Below are positions 18,954-28,735 of a stretch of 64,000 bases of DNA, piece after piece. The notes under the pieces were generated by a model. That model was not told the origin of the DNA. It made no database searches and was given only the letters and a program-made list of their open reading frames with translations. Positions within the stretch are counted from its first letter, which is position 1. The number at the start of each line of letters is the position of its first letter. The stretch is from assembly GCA_027031495.1 (NCBI GenBank), contig JALVQA010000013.1:5714-69713 (forward strand), given 5' to 3'. Position numbers and translations under genes: made by a program. Origin of the DNA: Candidatus Moraniibacteriota bacterium. GTDB taxonomy: Bacteria > Patescibacteriota > Minisyncoccia > Moranbacterales > GCA-2747515.

Positions 18954-18982
18954 AGTATAGCACATATATATTATCATGTCAA
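18954..18982 (-). promoter_or_regulatory. sigma70 promoter (distal of tandem pair)
   Basis: TTGACA-17nt-TATACT with extended TG. Confidence 0.75.
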
Positions 18983-19157
18983 GTACTTTAGGCATATCTT
19001 TTGTATCGCGCTTTTGATTGGGTGCGTACGTGATGAAGTTGTCAATACCTGCCGTTTTTATCATCTCTACACAAGCGCCGTGCACTGTGCTATAATCAGT
19101 AATCACATCTTTTGCGCCTTTTGTGGTAGTATGGAATTATCATAAACAACACAAAGT

Positions 19158-20072
19158 ATGGCACTCAAAACAATCACAACGGATTTCCTTACGTGGATTG
19201 ATGTTGACCAGCCAACGGCGCACGATATTGAAACGCTACGTTCGCTCGTCACAATTCACCCGCACGCATTCAAGGAGTTTTCCATCCCAACATCACGCGC
19301 GCGCGTTACTCAGTACCCTAATGGCATTTTTCTCGCACTCCACATCCCACTCTACAACAAAGACGAGCATGCAACATACCAGGCGGAGTTTGACGCTATT
19401 ATTACGGAAACGCACATCATTACCGGTCATGTTGATGCAATCTACCAGCTTGATGCTTTTTTTGAAAAGTTTCAGCAAAACAAAGAATTGCAAACGGATG
19501 ACATTGGCAAGGGGCCCGCATACCTTTTACATGCGATTCTTACCATTTTGATTGATACGTGTTTTCCGCGCGTTGAGCATATTGCTAAAAAAATTGACGC
19601 TGTTGAGGTTGGTGTTTTTCACAACCACGAAGATCACATGGTGCGCGAAATCTCCAACGTAAAACGTGATATTATTAACTTTCGTCGCGCCATCATGCCA
19701 CAGCGCGCGATTATAGAGTCTCTTATGCGCAAAGATCACCGCTTTATTCCGCGCGAACTTCATCCTTACCTCTATGATCTCGTCGATGCAAATACACATC
19801 TGTGGCACATGCTTGAAAGTCACAAGGAGGCAATTGAGTCATTAGAAGATACGAACGACACACTCCTCTCGCACAAGATTAACGAGAAAATGCGTATTAT
19901 TACGATTTTTTCTGCAATCATTCTTATCCCAACGCTTTACGTAAGCACGCTCGGCATCAGTGCCGATATTCCACTTCATGACCATCCGCATAGTTTCTGG
20001 ATTCATGTCAGTATCATGTTCGTTATCGGTGTACTCACCATGCTTTTCTTCAAGTGGCGACGGTGGATTTAA
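19158..20072 (+). CDS. corA: CorA-family Mg/Co transporter
   Basis: TWIDV start, long helical funnel, NEKMRIIT, two C-terminal TMs, FKWRRWI; GMN signature is degenerate (GIS). Confidence 0.85.
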   Translation: MALKTITTDFLTWIDVDQPTAHDIETLRSLVTIHPHAFKEFSIPTSRARVTQYPNGIFLALHIPLYNKDEHATYQAEFDAIITETHIITGHVDAIYQLDAFFEKFQQNKELQTDDIGKGPAYLLHAILTILIDTCFPRVEHIAKKIDAVEVGVFHNHEDHMVREISNVKRDIINFRRAIMPQRAIIESLMRKDHRFIPRELHPYLYDLVDANTHLWHMLESHKEAIESLEDTNDTLLSHKINEKMRIITIFSAIILIPTLYVSTLGISADIPLHDHPHSFWIHVSIMFVIGVLTMLFFKWRRWI

Positions 20073-20088
20073 TTTTACAGAAAAACTT

Positions 20089-21537
20089 ATGACACTTCAT
20101 CTCTACAATACGCTTACAAAGAAAAAAGAGGTTTTTGTGCCGTGCAAAGATGCTACCGTAACGATGTATGCGTGCGGACCGACAGTTTACAACTACGCAC
20201 ACATCGGCAATCATAAATCTTTTACAACGGCGGACATTTTGCACCGCACACTCTTGGCGTTGGGGTATAAGGTGCAGTTTGTTATGAACATTACCGATGT
20301 CGGACACCTTACAGATGACGATATTGCGCAAGCCGATAGTGGCGATGACAAAATTGAGGCGGCGGCACAGCGCGAGGGTAAAACACCGCAAGAAATTGCA
20401 CACTTCTATGAAGACGCCTTCGTGCGCGATGCGGCGCGTCTTCATTTTTTGCCACCTACCGTTTCGCCACGCGCAACAGAGCATATTGATGACATGATTG
20501 CAATGATTCAGAAGCTTATTGACAACGGGCATGCCTACGAAGTAAACGGCAATGTGTTCTATGATGTAACGGCATTTCCCCGCTATGGTGCGCTCAGTGG
20601 CAACACATTGGAGAATCTCAAAGTCGGCGCACGCCTCAGTGAGGAACACCCGGATAAGCGCAATCAGTGGGATTTTGCACTCTGGCTCAAAGCACCAGAA
20701 AATCACATTATGAAGTGGTCGTCACCATGGTCTGTCGGTTATCCCGGCTGGCATATTGAGTGTTCGGCGATGAGCACACGCTATCTCGGTGATACCATTG
20801 ACATTCACCTCGGCGGCGAGGATCACGTTTTTCCGCACCATGAGGCGGAGATCGCACAAAGTGAAGGTGCGACGCAGAAACATCCCTTCGCGCGCTATTG
20901 GATACACACGCGCCACATGCTCGTCAACGGTAAGAAAATGGCAAAATCGGCGGGAAATTTCTATACACTTGCCGATATTAAAGAGCGCGGGTTTAGCGCT
21001 GAAGACCTACGTATTCTCTACTTTCTTTCCCACTATCGTTCGCAGATGAACTTTACATGGGACTCTCTCGCACAAGCGCGCAAAAACCGCATGAGCATTG
21101 TCACAACCGCACAACGCCTTCGCACATACAGAGATGCACAGGTTATCGGCACAGAAACAATTGATACGCAGTTTATCTACAGCGACTTTATCACAGTACT
21201 TGCAGATGATCTTAACACACCACAAGCAATAACCGTAACGCTCTCTTTTCTTTCTCAAGTCAACGCAATGATTGACGCCGGCACGCTTGCAAATGCCGAT
21301 GAAGCATATACCCTTCTTGAGAGAATGAATGATATTCTCGGCATCACACTCTTGCCACATGATGCACCTATTCCGGCAGAGATTCTCGCCCTTGTGAGAG
21401 AACGTGATGCGGCGCGTGCGCGCAAAGACTTCGCGCAAAGCGACGCACTTCGCGATCGCATCATTGCAGCCGGCTATACCGTTACAGATACACCTGACGG
21501 CACACACATTACAAAAAACACGCCAGAAGAAGCGTAA
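20089..21537 (+). CDS. cysS: Cysteinyl-tRNA synthetase
   Basis: CGPTVY..HIGN, PGWHIECSAM, FPHHE, KMAKS; start reassigned to MTLHLYNT. Confidence 0.98.
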   Translation: MTLHLYNTLTKKKEVFVPCKDATVTMYACGPTVYNYAHIGNHKSFTTADILHRTLLALGYKVQFVMNITDVGHLTDDDIAQADSGDDKIEAAAQREGKTPQEIAHFYEDAFVRDAARLHFLPPTVSPRATEHIDDMIAMIQKLIDNGHAYEVNGNVFYDVTAFPRYGALSGNTLENLKVGARLSEEHPDKRNQWDFALWLKAPENHIMKWSSPWSVGYPGWHIECSAMSTRYLGDTIDIHLGGEDHVFPHHEAEIAQSEGATQKHPFARYWIHTRHMLVNGKKMAKSAGNFYTLADIKERGFSAEDLRILYFLSHYRSQMNFTWDSLAQARKNRMSIVTTAQRLRTYRDAQVIGTETIDTQFIYSDFITVLADDLNTPQAITVTLSFLSQVNAMIDAGTLANADEAYTLLERMNDILGITLLPHDAPIPAEILALVRERDAARARKDFAQSDALRDRIIAAGYTVTDTPDGTHITKNTPEEA

Positions 21538-21662
21538 GTTTTCCACACCTTTATCACCACAGTAGCGCTGTTTTGTACACAGTGTTTGCGTATGCATTAC
21601 GAGCACACTATAATGGGAAGTGCTCTGTGATATTCTGTCTTATTTTTTACCGCCACAAATCT

Positions 21663-23021
21663 ATGTCACAAAAACACTCAACAGACATTCGTGTGCCACC
21701 ACATAATATAGAAGCTGAACAGTCTGTCCTCGGCGCACTTATGCTTGATAAAGATGCAATTGTCGCCATTGCTGACACGCTCCGTTCCGATGATTTCTAT
21801 AAAGGCACACATAGCACAATCTACGACGCTATTTTGGACCTTTATGAAAAGGGTGAGCCAATTGATGTTCTCTCTCTATCAAATCGCCTTGACGAGAAAA
21901 AGAAACTCTCAGAAGTTGGTGGCGCGACATATCTTGCATCCCTTGCTAACATGGTGCCAAGCGCCTCAAACATTGCGCATTATGCCTCAATTGTCAAGAA
22001 AAAAGCAACACTACGTAAACTGATCGCTGCCGCAACGAAAATCGGCGAACTCGGCTATACAGAGGAAGCCGACGATGTGGAAAAGGTCCTTGATCTTGCC
22101 GAACAAACGCTCTTTGATGTCTCTCAACACACGACAAAGCAAGACTTCATTACGATGAAAGACGCGCTTTCTACCGCTTTTGATCGCATTGATGAGCTTC
22201 ATAAAAATCGTGGTGAGATGCGTGGCGTGCCAACCGGGTTTCCTGATGTTGATAATATCCTCTCCGGCCTGCAAAAATCGGACCTCATCATCCTTGCCGC
22301 ACGTCCGTCCGTTGGTAAAACATCTCTTGCACTTGATATTGCGCGCATGGCAGCAACGCAGTACAAAGTGCCTGTCGGCATCTTTTCGCTAGAGATGAGT
22401 AGCGACCAGCTTGTTGATCGTATGATCGCAGCAGAGGGCGATGTTGATCTCTGGCGTTTGCGTACAGGCAATCTCCACGACAGTGCTGATGACAATGACT
22501 TTGAACGCATCAATACCGCGATGGGCACCCTCAACGATGCGCCAATTTACATTGATGATGCGTCCAGTGTAAATATCATGAGCATGCGTACAATGGCACG
22601 ACGTCTGCAATCACAACACAACCTCGGCCTTATTATTATTGATTATCTACAGCTTATGGAAGGTCGCTCCAGTGAAAACCGTGTGCAAGAGATCTCGGAA
22701 ATCTCACGTGGTCTCAAAACACTTGCAAAGGAGCTCAACATTCCTATTATCGCTCTCTCGCAGCTCTCACGTGCAGTTGAAAGTCGCAATGACCAGCGCC
22801 CAAAGCTCTCAGACCTACGTGAGTCCGGCTCCATTGAGCAGGATGCTGACGTGGTAATGTTTCTCTACCGTGAGGACCGTGTCAAACCGGATACGGAAAA
22901 TAAGGGCATCGCAGAACTTATTATCGCAAAGCATCGCAATGGCCCTATCGGCACAGCAAAACTGTTCTTCAAAGAGGAGTGCGCATCGTACCGTTCCCTA
23001 GAACAACATCACATTGAATAG
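21663..23021 (+). CDS. dnaB: Replicative DNA helicase
   Basis: PPHNIEAEQ, AARPSVGKT, DYLQL, SDLRESGSIEQDAD, KHRNGP; no intein. Confidence 0.99.
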   Translation: MSQKHSTDIRVPPHNIEAEQSVLGALMLDKDAIVAIADTLRSDDFYKGTHSTIYDAILDLYEKGEPIDVLSLSNRLDEKKKLSEVGGATYLASLANMVPSASNIAHYASIVKKKATLRKLIAAATKIGELGYTEEADDVEKVLDLAEQTLFDVSQHTTKQDFITMKDALSTAFDRIDELHKNRGEMRGVPTGFPDVDNILSGLQKSDLIILAARPSVGKTSLALDIARMAATQYKVPVGIFSLEMSSDQLVDRMIAAEGDVDLWRLRTGNLHDSADDNDFERINTAMGTLNDAPIYIDDASSVNIMSMRTMARRLQSQHNLGLIIIDYLQLMEGRSSENRVQEISEISRGLKTLAKELNIPIIALSQLSRAVESRNDQRPKLSDLRESGSIEQDADVVMFLYREDRVKPDTENKGIAELIIAKHRNGPIGTAKLFFKEECASYRSLEQHHIE

Positions 23022-23028
23022 TAAAATT

Positions 23029-23625
23029 ATGTTTCCGGCACAATTCAAAAAACTCATTGACGCGTTTAGTGCGCTACCTGGCATCGGCCCCAAAATGGCG
23101 GAGCGCCTCGTGCTCTACCTTTTTAAGCAAAGTGATGACGATATCCACGCTTTTGCGCGCGCACTTAAGGATATTAGTACACTCTCACGCTGCAAGCAGT
23201 GCTTTAACATTGCCGACCAAGAACTGTGTACATTTTGTCGTGATCCACATCGCGATAAGACGATCATTTGCGTTGTTCAAGAACCGCTTGACATTATCCC
23301 TATTGAACGTACGCGTACATTTCACGGTCTTTACCACGTTCTCGGCGGAACTATTTCACCAAAAATTGACGCAAAAGAACATGCACACTTAACGATTGCG
23401 CCCCTTCTAGAGCGTATTAAGCGTAATGCTGTAAAGGAGGTCATTCTCGCAACAAATCCAACAACCGATGGTGACGCAACGGCACTCTACCTCAAAGAAA
23501 AACTTTCTCCTCTTGCCATTCACATCTCTCGCCTGGCACGTGGACTGACAACAGGTGCTGATATTGAATATGCTGATGATCTCACACTGCGCAGTGCGCT
23601 TATTAATCGCGAGAAACTTGCCTAA
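23029..23625 (+). CDS. recR: Recombination mediator RecR
   Basis: LPGIGPK HhH, CxxC...CxxC, YHVLGG, TOPRIM ATNPTTDGD. Confidence 0.97.
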   Translation: MFPAQFKKLIDAFSALPGIGPKMAERLVLYLFKQSDDDIHAFARALKDISTLSRCKQCFNIADQELCTFCRDPHRDKTIICVVQEPLDIIPIERTRTFHGLYHVLGGTISPKIDAKEHAHLTIAPLLERIKRNAVKEVILATNPTTDGDATALYLKEKLSPLAIHISRLARGLTTGADIEYADDLTLRSALINREKLA

Positions 23626-24189
23626 TTACTTTGTGCTTTTGCTCTCTTTTGCAGCACTTTTTCCTTTTGTCTTTGCACAATAAATTTCATTGATTTTTGC
23701 TCGCGTGCTTTTGAGTACATTACCATTTGCTCTTTTGACACCGTATGGTTCCAAAATATCTTTGCGGTACTTTTCCTGAAAACGTTTTACCGCTGCTTGA
23801 TCCGTACCATCATAAACGCCACCAACGATCAACTTCTCTCCTTCATACGTATTGAGAAATTTTTCAAGCTTAATCACCTCTCGCTTATCATTCGCAGCGT
23901 TCGGTTTGATGTCTTTTGTTATAAACGGTTTGCACGTTATCTTCTCCTTTTTTTCTTCGTCACCATCTTTTTTCTGCACATCCCCCTTCTCTTCTAGTGC
24001 CTTTTCTTCAGTTTCTTTCTTTGCGTTTTCAGCTTTCTTTGCATCACTCTCTTTCTGTGCACGCGCAAGAGCATCATCAATTGTTATACCTTCTTGGTGA
24101 CCACCGCACCACGTATGCGCTTTGCAACTGTAAAACCACCCGCTAAACGTCACAACTGCGATAAAGAAAATAATTGCGATATAGTCCAT
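23626..24189 (-). CDS. Membrane-anchored putative peptidoglycan-binding domain protein
   Basis: N-terminal TM; VIKLEKFLN..GVYD..QAAVKRFQEKY..G.V...TRAKIN (PG_binding_1-like). Confidence 0.7.
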   Translation of the reverse strand: MDYIAIIFFIAVVTFSGWFYSCKAHTWCGGHQEGITIDDALARAQKESDAKKAENAKKETEEKALEEKGDVQKKDGDEEKKEKITCKPFITKDIKPNAANDKREVIKLEKFLNTYEGEKLIVGGVYDGTDQAAVKRFQEKYRKDILEPYGVKRANGNVLKSTRAKINEIYCAKTKGKSAAKESKSTK

Positions 24190-24260
24190 AGGTTTATTTT
24201 TTCAAAAGTTTTCAATGCTTCTTTTTTTATTCTAACACATCAACTATAGAGCACCCTACA

Positions 24261-25562
24261 CTACACACTTTTCGTATAATTGTGGATAGCACGTGCAATT
24301 GTTTTACATGTGTGTATAAAAGCACCATCATTTAACTCCAAAAGTGTCATGCGAAGACCATGAATATGTGTATTAAAACTTGATAACGGCACTGTACATA
24401 CACCTGTCGCACCCAAAAGATAATATACAAAGCGCGCATCTTTGCGAACACCTTTAACAGCATCCTCAACTAATGCACGCACAGCAACGTTATCAATGTG
24501 CAAAGTTTGCGCATTGTTAAACACAGTATCATCAAAGACAACAGAAAGGTAAAATGCGCCCTGCGGTGGCACGACAGATACACCCGGCACAGTGGAAAGA
24601 ATTGCGCATGCCTGCTGTGCACGTTTTTTATAGAAATCGCATTGCATCGCACAGTGCTCTGCAAACCGCGCATCACCATAAATCTGTGGCAAAACGTATT
24701 GTGGCAATGTTGTGGCACATACCTCAAGCATTTTTGCATCATGAAGCGTTTGTGCGTAACGTGCAAAGTCGACATCTTTGTCGCTATTGTAAAATTCAGC
24801 CCATCCGCATCGTGCGCCAGGCCACGGCACTTCTTTTGAAAGTCCGCGCAGAGCGATGCCCGGCACATCACCAATGACACGCGCAAGTGACACAAATGGC
24901 TCACAACCATATGTTAAATGTGCATAAATTTCATCGGAAATAACAAATAAGTCGTATTCTTTGGCAATCGCCATAATTTCTTCCAAAATCGCACGCGGAT
25001 AGACAACGCCTGTTGGATTATCTGGATTGATAATGAGAATCCCGGCAATCGTCGGGTTATAGCGGACTTTATTGCGAATGTCCTCCACATCGGGCAACCA
25101 CTTGTTTGTCGGATCAAGCTCGTATGTCAAGTGATGCTGATGTGCGTGCGCTCCTTCCGCTGATGAATGTGTTGGATATGCCGGCGATGGTCCGAGAATA
25201 CGCGCAGTTTCGTTAAGGTAAGTATAAATGATAGAAATTGCATCACCAAGACCATTAAAAAAGAGAATATTATCTGACGATAGCGCAACACCACCCTCAC
25301 GCGTCCGCTGTTGCGCAATAAAGTGACGCGCCGCCTCAACGCCACGCGTCGGTGAGTAGCCGAAAGAAAGATCGTCCGCAATAGCGTTGGCAACGATTTT
25401 TTTAATCCACTGCGGCACTGTGTGGCCTTTTGCAATTGGGTCACCAATATTCTCCCATGTAATATTTACACCGTGCGCCGCGATTTCTTGTGCCCGCGCA
25501 ACAATACCACGGATGTCGTATGTTAATTCCTGTGCTCCGCTGTGAATAATGTTTGTTCTCAT
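24261..25562 (-). CDS. Class I/II PLP-dependent aminotransferase (AlaA-like)
   Basis: NIGDP, INPDNPTG, SDEIY, GLSK...PGARCGW. Confidence 0.9.
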   Translation of the reverse strand: MRTNIIHSGAQELTYDIRGIVARAQEIAAHGVNITWENIGDPIAKGHTVPQWIKKIVANAIADDLSFGYSPTRGVEAARHFIAQQRTREGGVALSSDNILFFNGLGDAISIIYTYLNETARILGPSPAYPTHSSAEGAHAHQHHLTYELDPTNKWLPDVEDIRNKVRYNPTIAGILIINPDNPTGVVYPRAILEEIMAIAKEYDLFVISDEIYAHLTYGCEPFVSLARVIGDVPGIALRGLSKEVPWPGARCGWAEFYNSDKDVDFARYAQTLHDAKMLEVCATTLPQYVLPQIYGDARFAEHCAMQCDFYKKRAQQACAILSTVPGVSVVPPQGAFYLSVVFDDTVFNNAQTLHIDNVAVRALVEDAVKGVRKDARFVYYLLGATGVCTVPLSSFNTHIHGLRMTLLELNDGAFIHTCKTIARAIHNYTKSV

Positions 25563-25574
25563 AAAATCCTCTTG

Positions 25575-26153
25575 TTACTCTCGTACAATCTCTACTGCGC
25601 CATCTATTAAACGTACAATACGAGACGGTAGTGCACACACGCGCCGGCGCGCACTCACATAAAAATCTACACTACCACCAAAGTACGCACGTGCTTGCCG
25701 TATAGTGCATGCCGGCTGTGCGCCTTGTGGATTCGCGCTTGGCGCTACGAGTGGTCCAACATGACGTATGAGTGCTGTTAAAAGTTTTGTGCGCACAAGT
25801 CGAAATGCAAGCGTATTCGCACCACGATGCAAATAGTACCACTTTCGTGCTGTTGTATGCGCACACGGCATAATAACACTTGTCTTACGACGTTGTCGCG
25901 GTCGCCACAGATCATTAAGAATACGCCTTTCTCTCCCGGTAAGGCGTATGTCAAAGCGTGCAATATCGCTGTATGATGCAATCAATATAATAAGTGGCTT
26001 GTTCTTATCACGAGCACGAACCGCAAAAATACGCTCAACTGTAGATGGTAGCAATGCGCTTCCCACAATACCATAGATCGTGTCAGTTGGAACAACACCT
26101 ATACCACCATTTTCGAGAATGTTGATAATATATGTATACTCCGCCTCATTCAT
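25575..26153 (-). CDS. tsaC: Threonylcarbamoyl-AMP synthase (TsaC/YrdC)
   Basis: PTDTIYG, R..NKPL, APSAN, PSRIV. Confidence 0.93.
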   Translation of the reverse strand: MNEAEYTYIINILENGGIGVVPTDTIYGIVGSALLPSTVERIFAVRARDKNKPLIILIASYSDIARFDIRLTGRERRILNDLWRPRQRRKTSVIMPCAHTTARKWYYLHRGANTLAFRLVRTKLLTALIRHVGPLVAPSANPQGAQPACTIRQARAYFGGSVDFYVSARRRVCALPSRIVRLIDGAVEIVRE

Positions 26154-26166
26154 AATTGCATAACTA

Positions 26167-28086
26167 TCACCATACTACCGCCCTATCCCCTTGCTCTTCA
26201 CGGGCATTGGCAATACATGCTTTCAAACCCGCTGTCTGCGTCCATCCACACTGCCCGTCCGCCTGTTGTTCGCATACGGCATCTTTATAACATGCATATT
26301 CAGCACGCCACTCACATGTCGTGTTAAGATCTCTATCAGCACAGATCTGTCCGCTACACCCGGTCGGATGGCATTTTTTCGCTGTTTTCTTTTTATTTTG
26401 CTTATTTTTCGGACACGCACCTTTTCTGATATCGGTTGCTTTATCAGCTTTTGCATAGCACTCATTCTTATATGTTTTCCTACAATATTGTTCCTGTAAT
26501 TTTTTGTCCTCTGCACTATCACCATCAAAAACACATTTTTGGATCATGGCGCATACAGGCTCACGTTTCTGTGGGCACGTACCATGCCCCGGTGCAAACA
26601 CAATGCAACCCGGCTCTTTCTTTTCTTCTTCTCTGCATGCTCGTAGCGTACATATCATAGGTCTACCATTCTCTATACCACATGTGTTACACCCATCAAA
26701 CCACGTTATGCAATCTTCTGGAATTGTCGGCCTTTCTTCATTTTCTTTTTTTCTATCATGCTCAATGCTGTTATTGAGACCAACAATAGTCCATCGATAT
26801 TCACCATTTTGTGTATCAGAACATGCGCCATCTTGCGAACATCCACATTTCCATGCGCCATCCTCATAGATACACATGTAGTACGCAAGATATTGCGTAT
26901 TACCTTTCATATGTTCACGTGATACATCTGCACGCGCAGCACCAACAACCCACTTACCACTCGTATCACGTGGACCGTGCAGACGCACACTATTTTCTTC
27001 TGTAAAGGTTTTACCATCCGTTGTGTAGTACGCGCGATGCCAAATATAGTATCGTTGGTCATGTGGTTCGCTTCCAATAAACACTCTAAAAAGATCCTTA
27101 TCATCTGCACAATTAACATACGCCAATGAGCGATTGTTCCTAAACGGATCAACCGGTTGTACAAAAAGTGAACCTTTCAGTTCCACATCACGCTGACATA
27201 TGTCATTCTTTATGCTTTTTAAATCAGGACACACAAATTCACACTTTTTACCGGAACGACCAACAACCGTGCCATCCGCACAAATCTTCACATCGTCAGG
27301 GCATACCACTTTCTCGCCAAGAACACCAACTTTTATCGTGCGTTTTTGTGACTGCAAAATGCCATAAAAGCATCGTAATGAAAAAGACGCATGCTCAGTA
27401 TCTATATTTTTAACCACCTTTCTTCCACTCTTTTTGCGCAAACCATGCCATCCACCGGAGGCAAAGCACCACTTCGCATCGGGCACATCCCACGCAAGAA
27501 CAACACTTCCACCAGGCGTAACCGTTCGTGGCACTGCCACAAAGAAGAAATCGTCATCATCGTCTTCTTGCCCACTCAAATCATCAACAGAAAAAATCTC
27601 ATTCAGTAGCGCCACTTCCACCTGCGCTTCCTTCGTATTTTCCTTTGTATGTGAACATGATGTTACACGTATAACATCATGATCCTCACTGTCTTTAAGA
27701 ATTACGCCACTACTATCACGTACATGGTTTGCGTAGACAATGTATTCCGTATTTGGTTTAAATGAATAGCCGCAAAGCGACGACGTACCGGGCGTCTCTA
27801 CAGTCACGGTATGCACCGTATTATCAAGACCGGTCCACACCTGCATAACATCAAAGCGAATGAATTTCTTGTCATCAAAAGTAATGCTTGTCACATTATC
27901 ACTCACACTCTCTTTTACACGACCAACAGGGTGTGCTGTGCCCATAAATATAACATCATATCCTCTTATCACATCAGCGGAGAGTTTTGATTTTACGCAT
28001 GAACATGCACGTGCCGTCTGCACATAGACAAAACACAAGCTCATTACAAGTGTGGCTAGTACAAAAAAACGATACGCTTTTGACAT
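26167..28086 (-). CDS. Secreted Cys-rich multidomain protein (TIMP-like, Kazal-like and other Cys modules)
   Basis: Signal peptide ARA|CSC, SLCGYSF, CPDDVKICADG, CITWFDGCNTC, EPVC..TYKNEC, C-terminal CxxTGCSGQIC cluster. Confidence 0.75.
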   Translation of the reverse strand: MSKAYRFFVLATLVMSLCFVYVQTARACSCVKSKLSADVIRGYDVIFMGTAHPVGRVKESVSDNVTSITFDDKKFIRFDVMQVWTGLDNTVHTVTVETPGTSSLCGYSFKPNTEYIVYANHVRDSSGVILKDSEDHDVIRVTSCSHTKENTKEAQVEVALLNEIFSVDDLSGQEDDDDDFFFVAVPRTVTPGGSVVLAWDVPDAKWCFASGGWHGLRKKSGRKVVKNIDTEHASFSLRCFYGILQSQKRTIKVGVLGEKVVCPDDVKICADGTVVGRSGKKCEFVCPDLKSIKNDICQRDVELKGSLFVQPVDPFRNNRSLAYVNCADDKDLFRVFIGSEPHDQRYYIWHRAYYTTDGKTFTEENSVRLHGPRDTSGKWVVGAARADVSREHMKGNTQYLAYYMCIYEDGAWKCGCSQDGACSDTQNGEYRWTIVGLNNSIEHDRKKENEERPTIPEDCITWFDGCNTCGIENGRPMICTLRACREEEKKEPGCIVFAPGHGTCPQKREPVCAMIQKCVFDGDSAEDKKLQEQYCRKTYKNECYAKADKATDIRKGACPKNKQNKKKTAKKCHPTGCSGQICADRDLNTTCEWRAEYACYKDAVCEQQADGQCGWTQTAGLKACIANAREEQGDRAVVW

Positions 28087-28099
28087 AGTTATTCAAAAT

Positions 28100-28654
28100 T
28101 TACTTATCATTTTCGCCCGTAAATACACGATACGCCTCGCGTAGTATGCATGCATCAGCAAGAGCATCATGCTTTGCAAATGCATCAACATCAATACCAA
28201 GCTCACTGAGAAATGCATCACGGTGCGCTGCGCTATGCTTCTCTGGATCAATGCCCAGCGCAAAAAGCATGCTGGCAAAATCTAAAATAATCCGGTGCGT
28301 CAACTCGTCCTCGTAACCAAAAAGTTTATACCAATGATATGAATCATACTTGTACACAAACGTCATTAGATACGGTGTGTGACTCCCGTAGTGTTTTTTT
28401 ATAAATGCGGCAATTTCTGTACGCGCTTGCGCCATACTTATTTTTGGTCCCGTTAGCGTTGTCAGTATATGCTCCTTCACAAAATCACTTGCCTGCGCAA
28501 GCACATCGTCACTTTGTTGAATTTCGCAATAATACTTTTCGCCGGAAAGCGTGACGGCACCAAAAGAGAGAAGAGCGCTCTTTTCGTATTCAAGCGAGGT
28601 GAATTCTGCATCAAAAAAGAGAATTTTATCTGAAAACGGTACGATTTTTCTCAT
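28100..28654 (-). CDS. DEDDh 3'-5' exoribonuclease (Rv2179c/RNase AS-like)
   Basis: FFDAEFT ExoI motif, HDALADA ExoIII motif. Confidence 0.8.
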   Translation of the reverse strand: MRKIVPFSDKILFFDAEFTSLEYEKSALLSFGAVTLSGEKYYCEIQQSDDVLAQASDFVKEHILTTLTGPKISMAQARTEIAAFIKKHYGSHTPYLMTFVYKYDSYHWYKLFGYEDELTHRIILDFASMLFALGIDPEKHSAAHRDAFLSELGIDVDAFAKHDALADACILREAYRVFTGENDK

Positions 28655-28735
28655 TACATGTATTGTTATGTGATAGTATCATTGTATCACGAAAAATGTG
28701 CTATAGTAAACAAAGAATATTATTATGAAAATTCT

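Noticed and set aside
15136-19100. Classical tRNA-integrated prophage or island
   Set aside because: No integrase, no structural phage genes and no duplicated tRNA 3' end seen by eye
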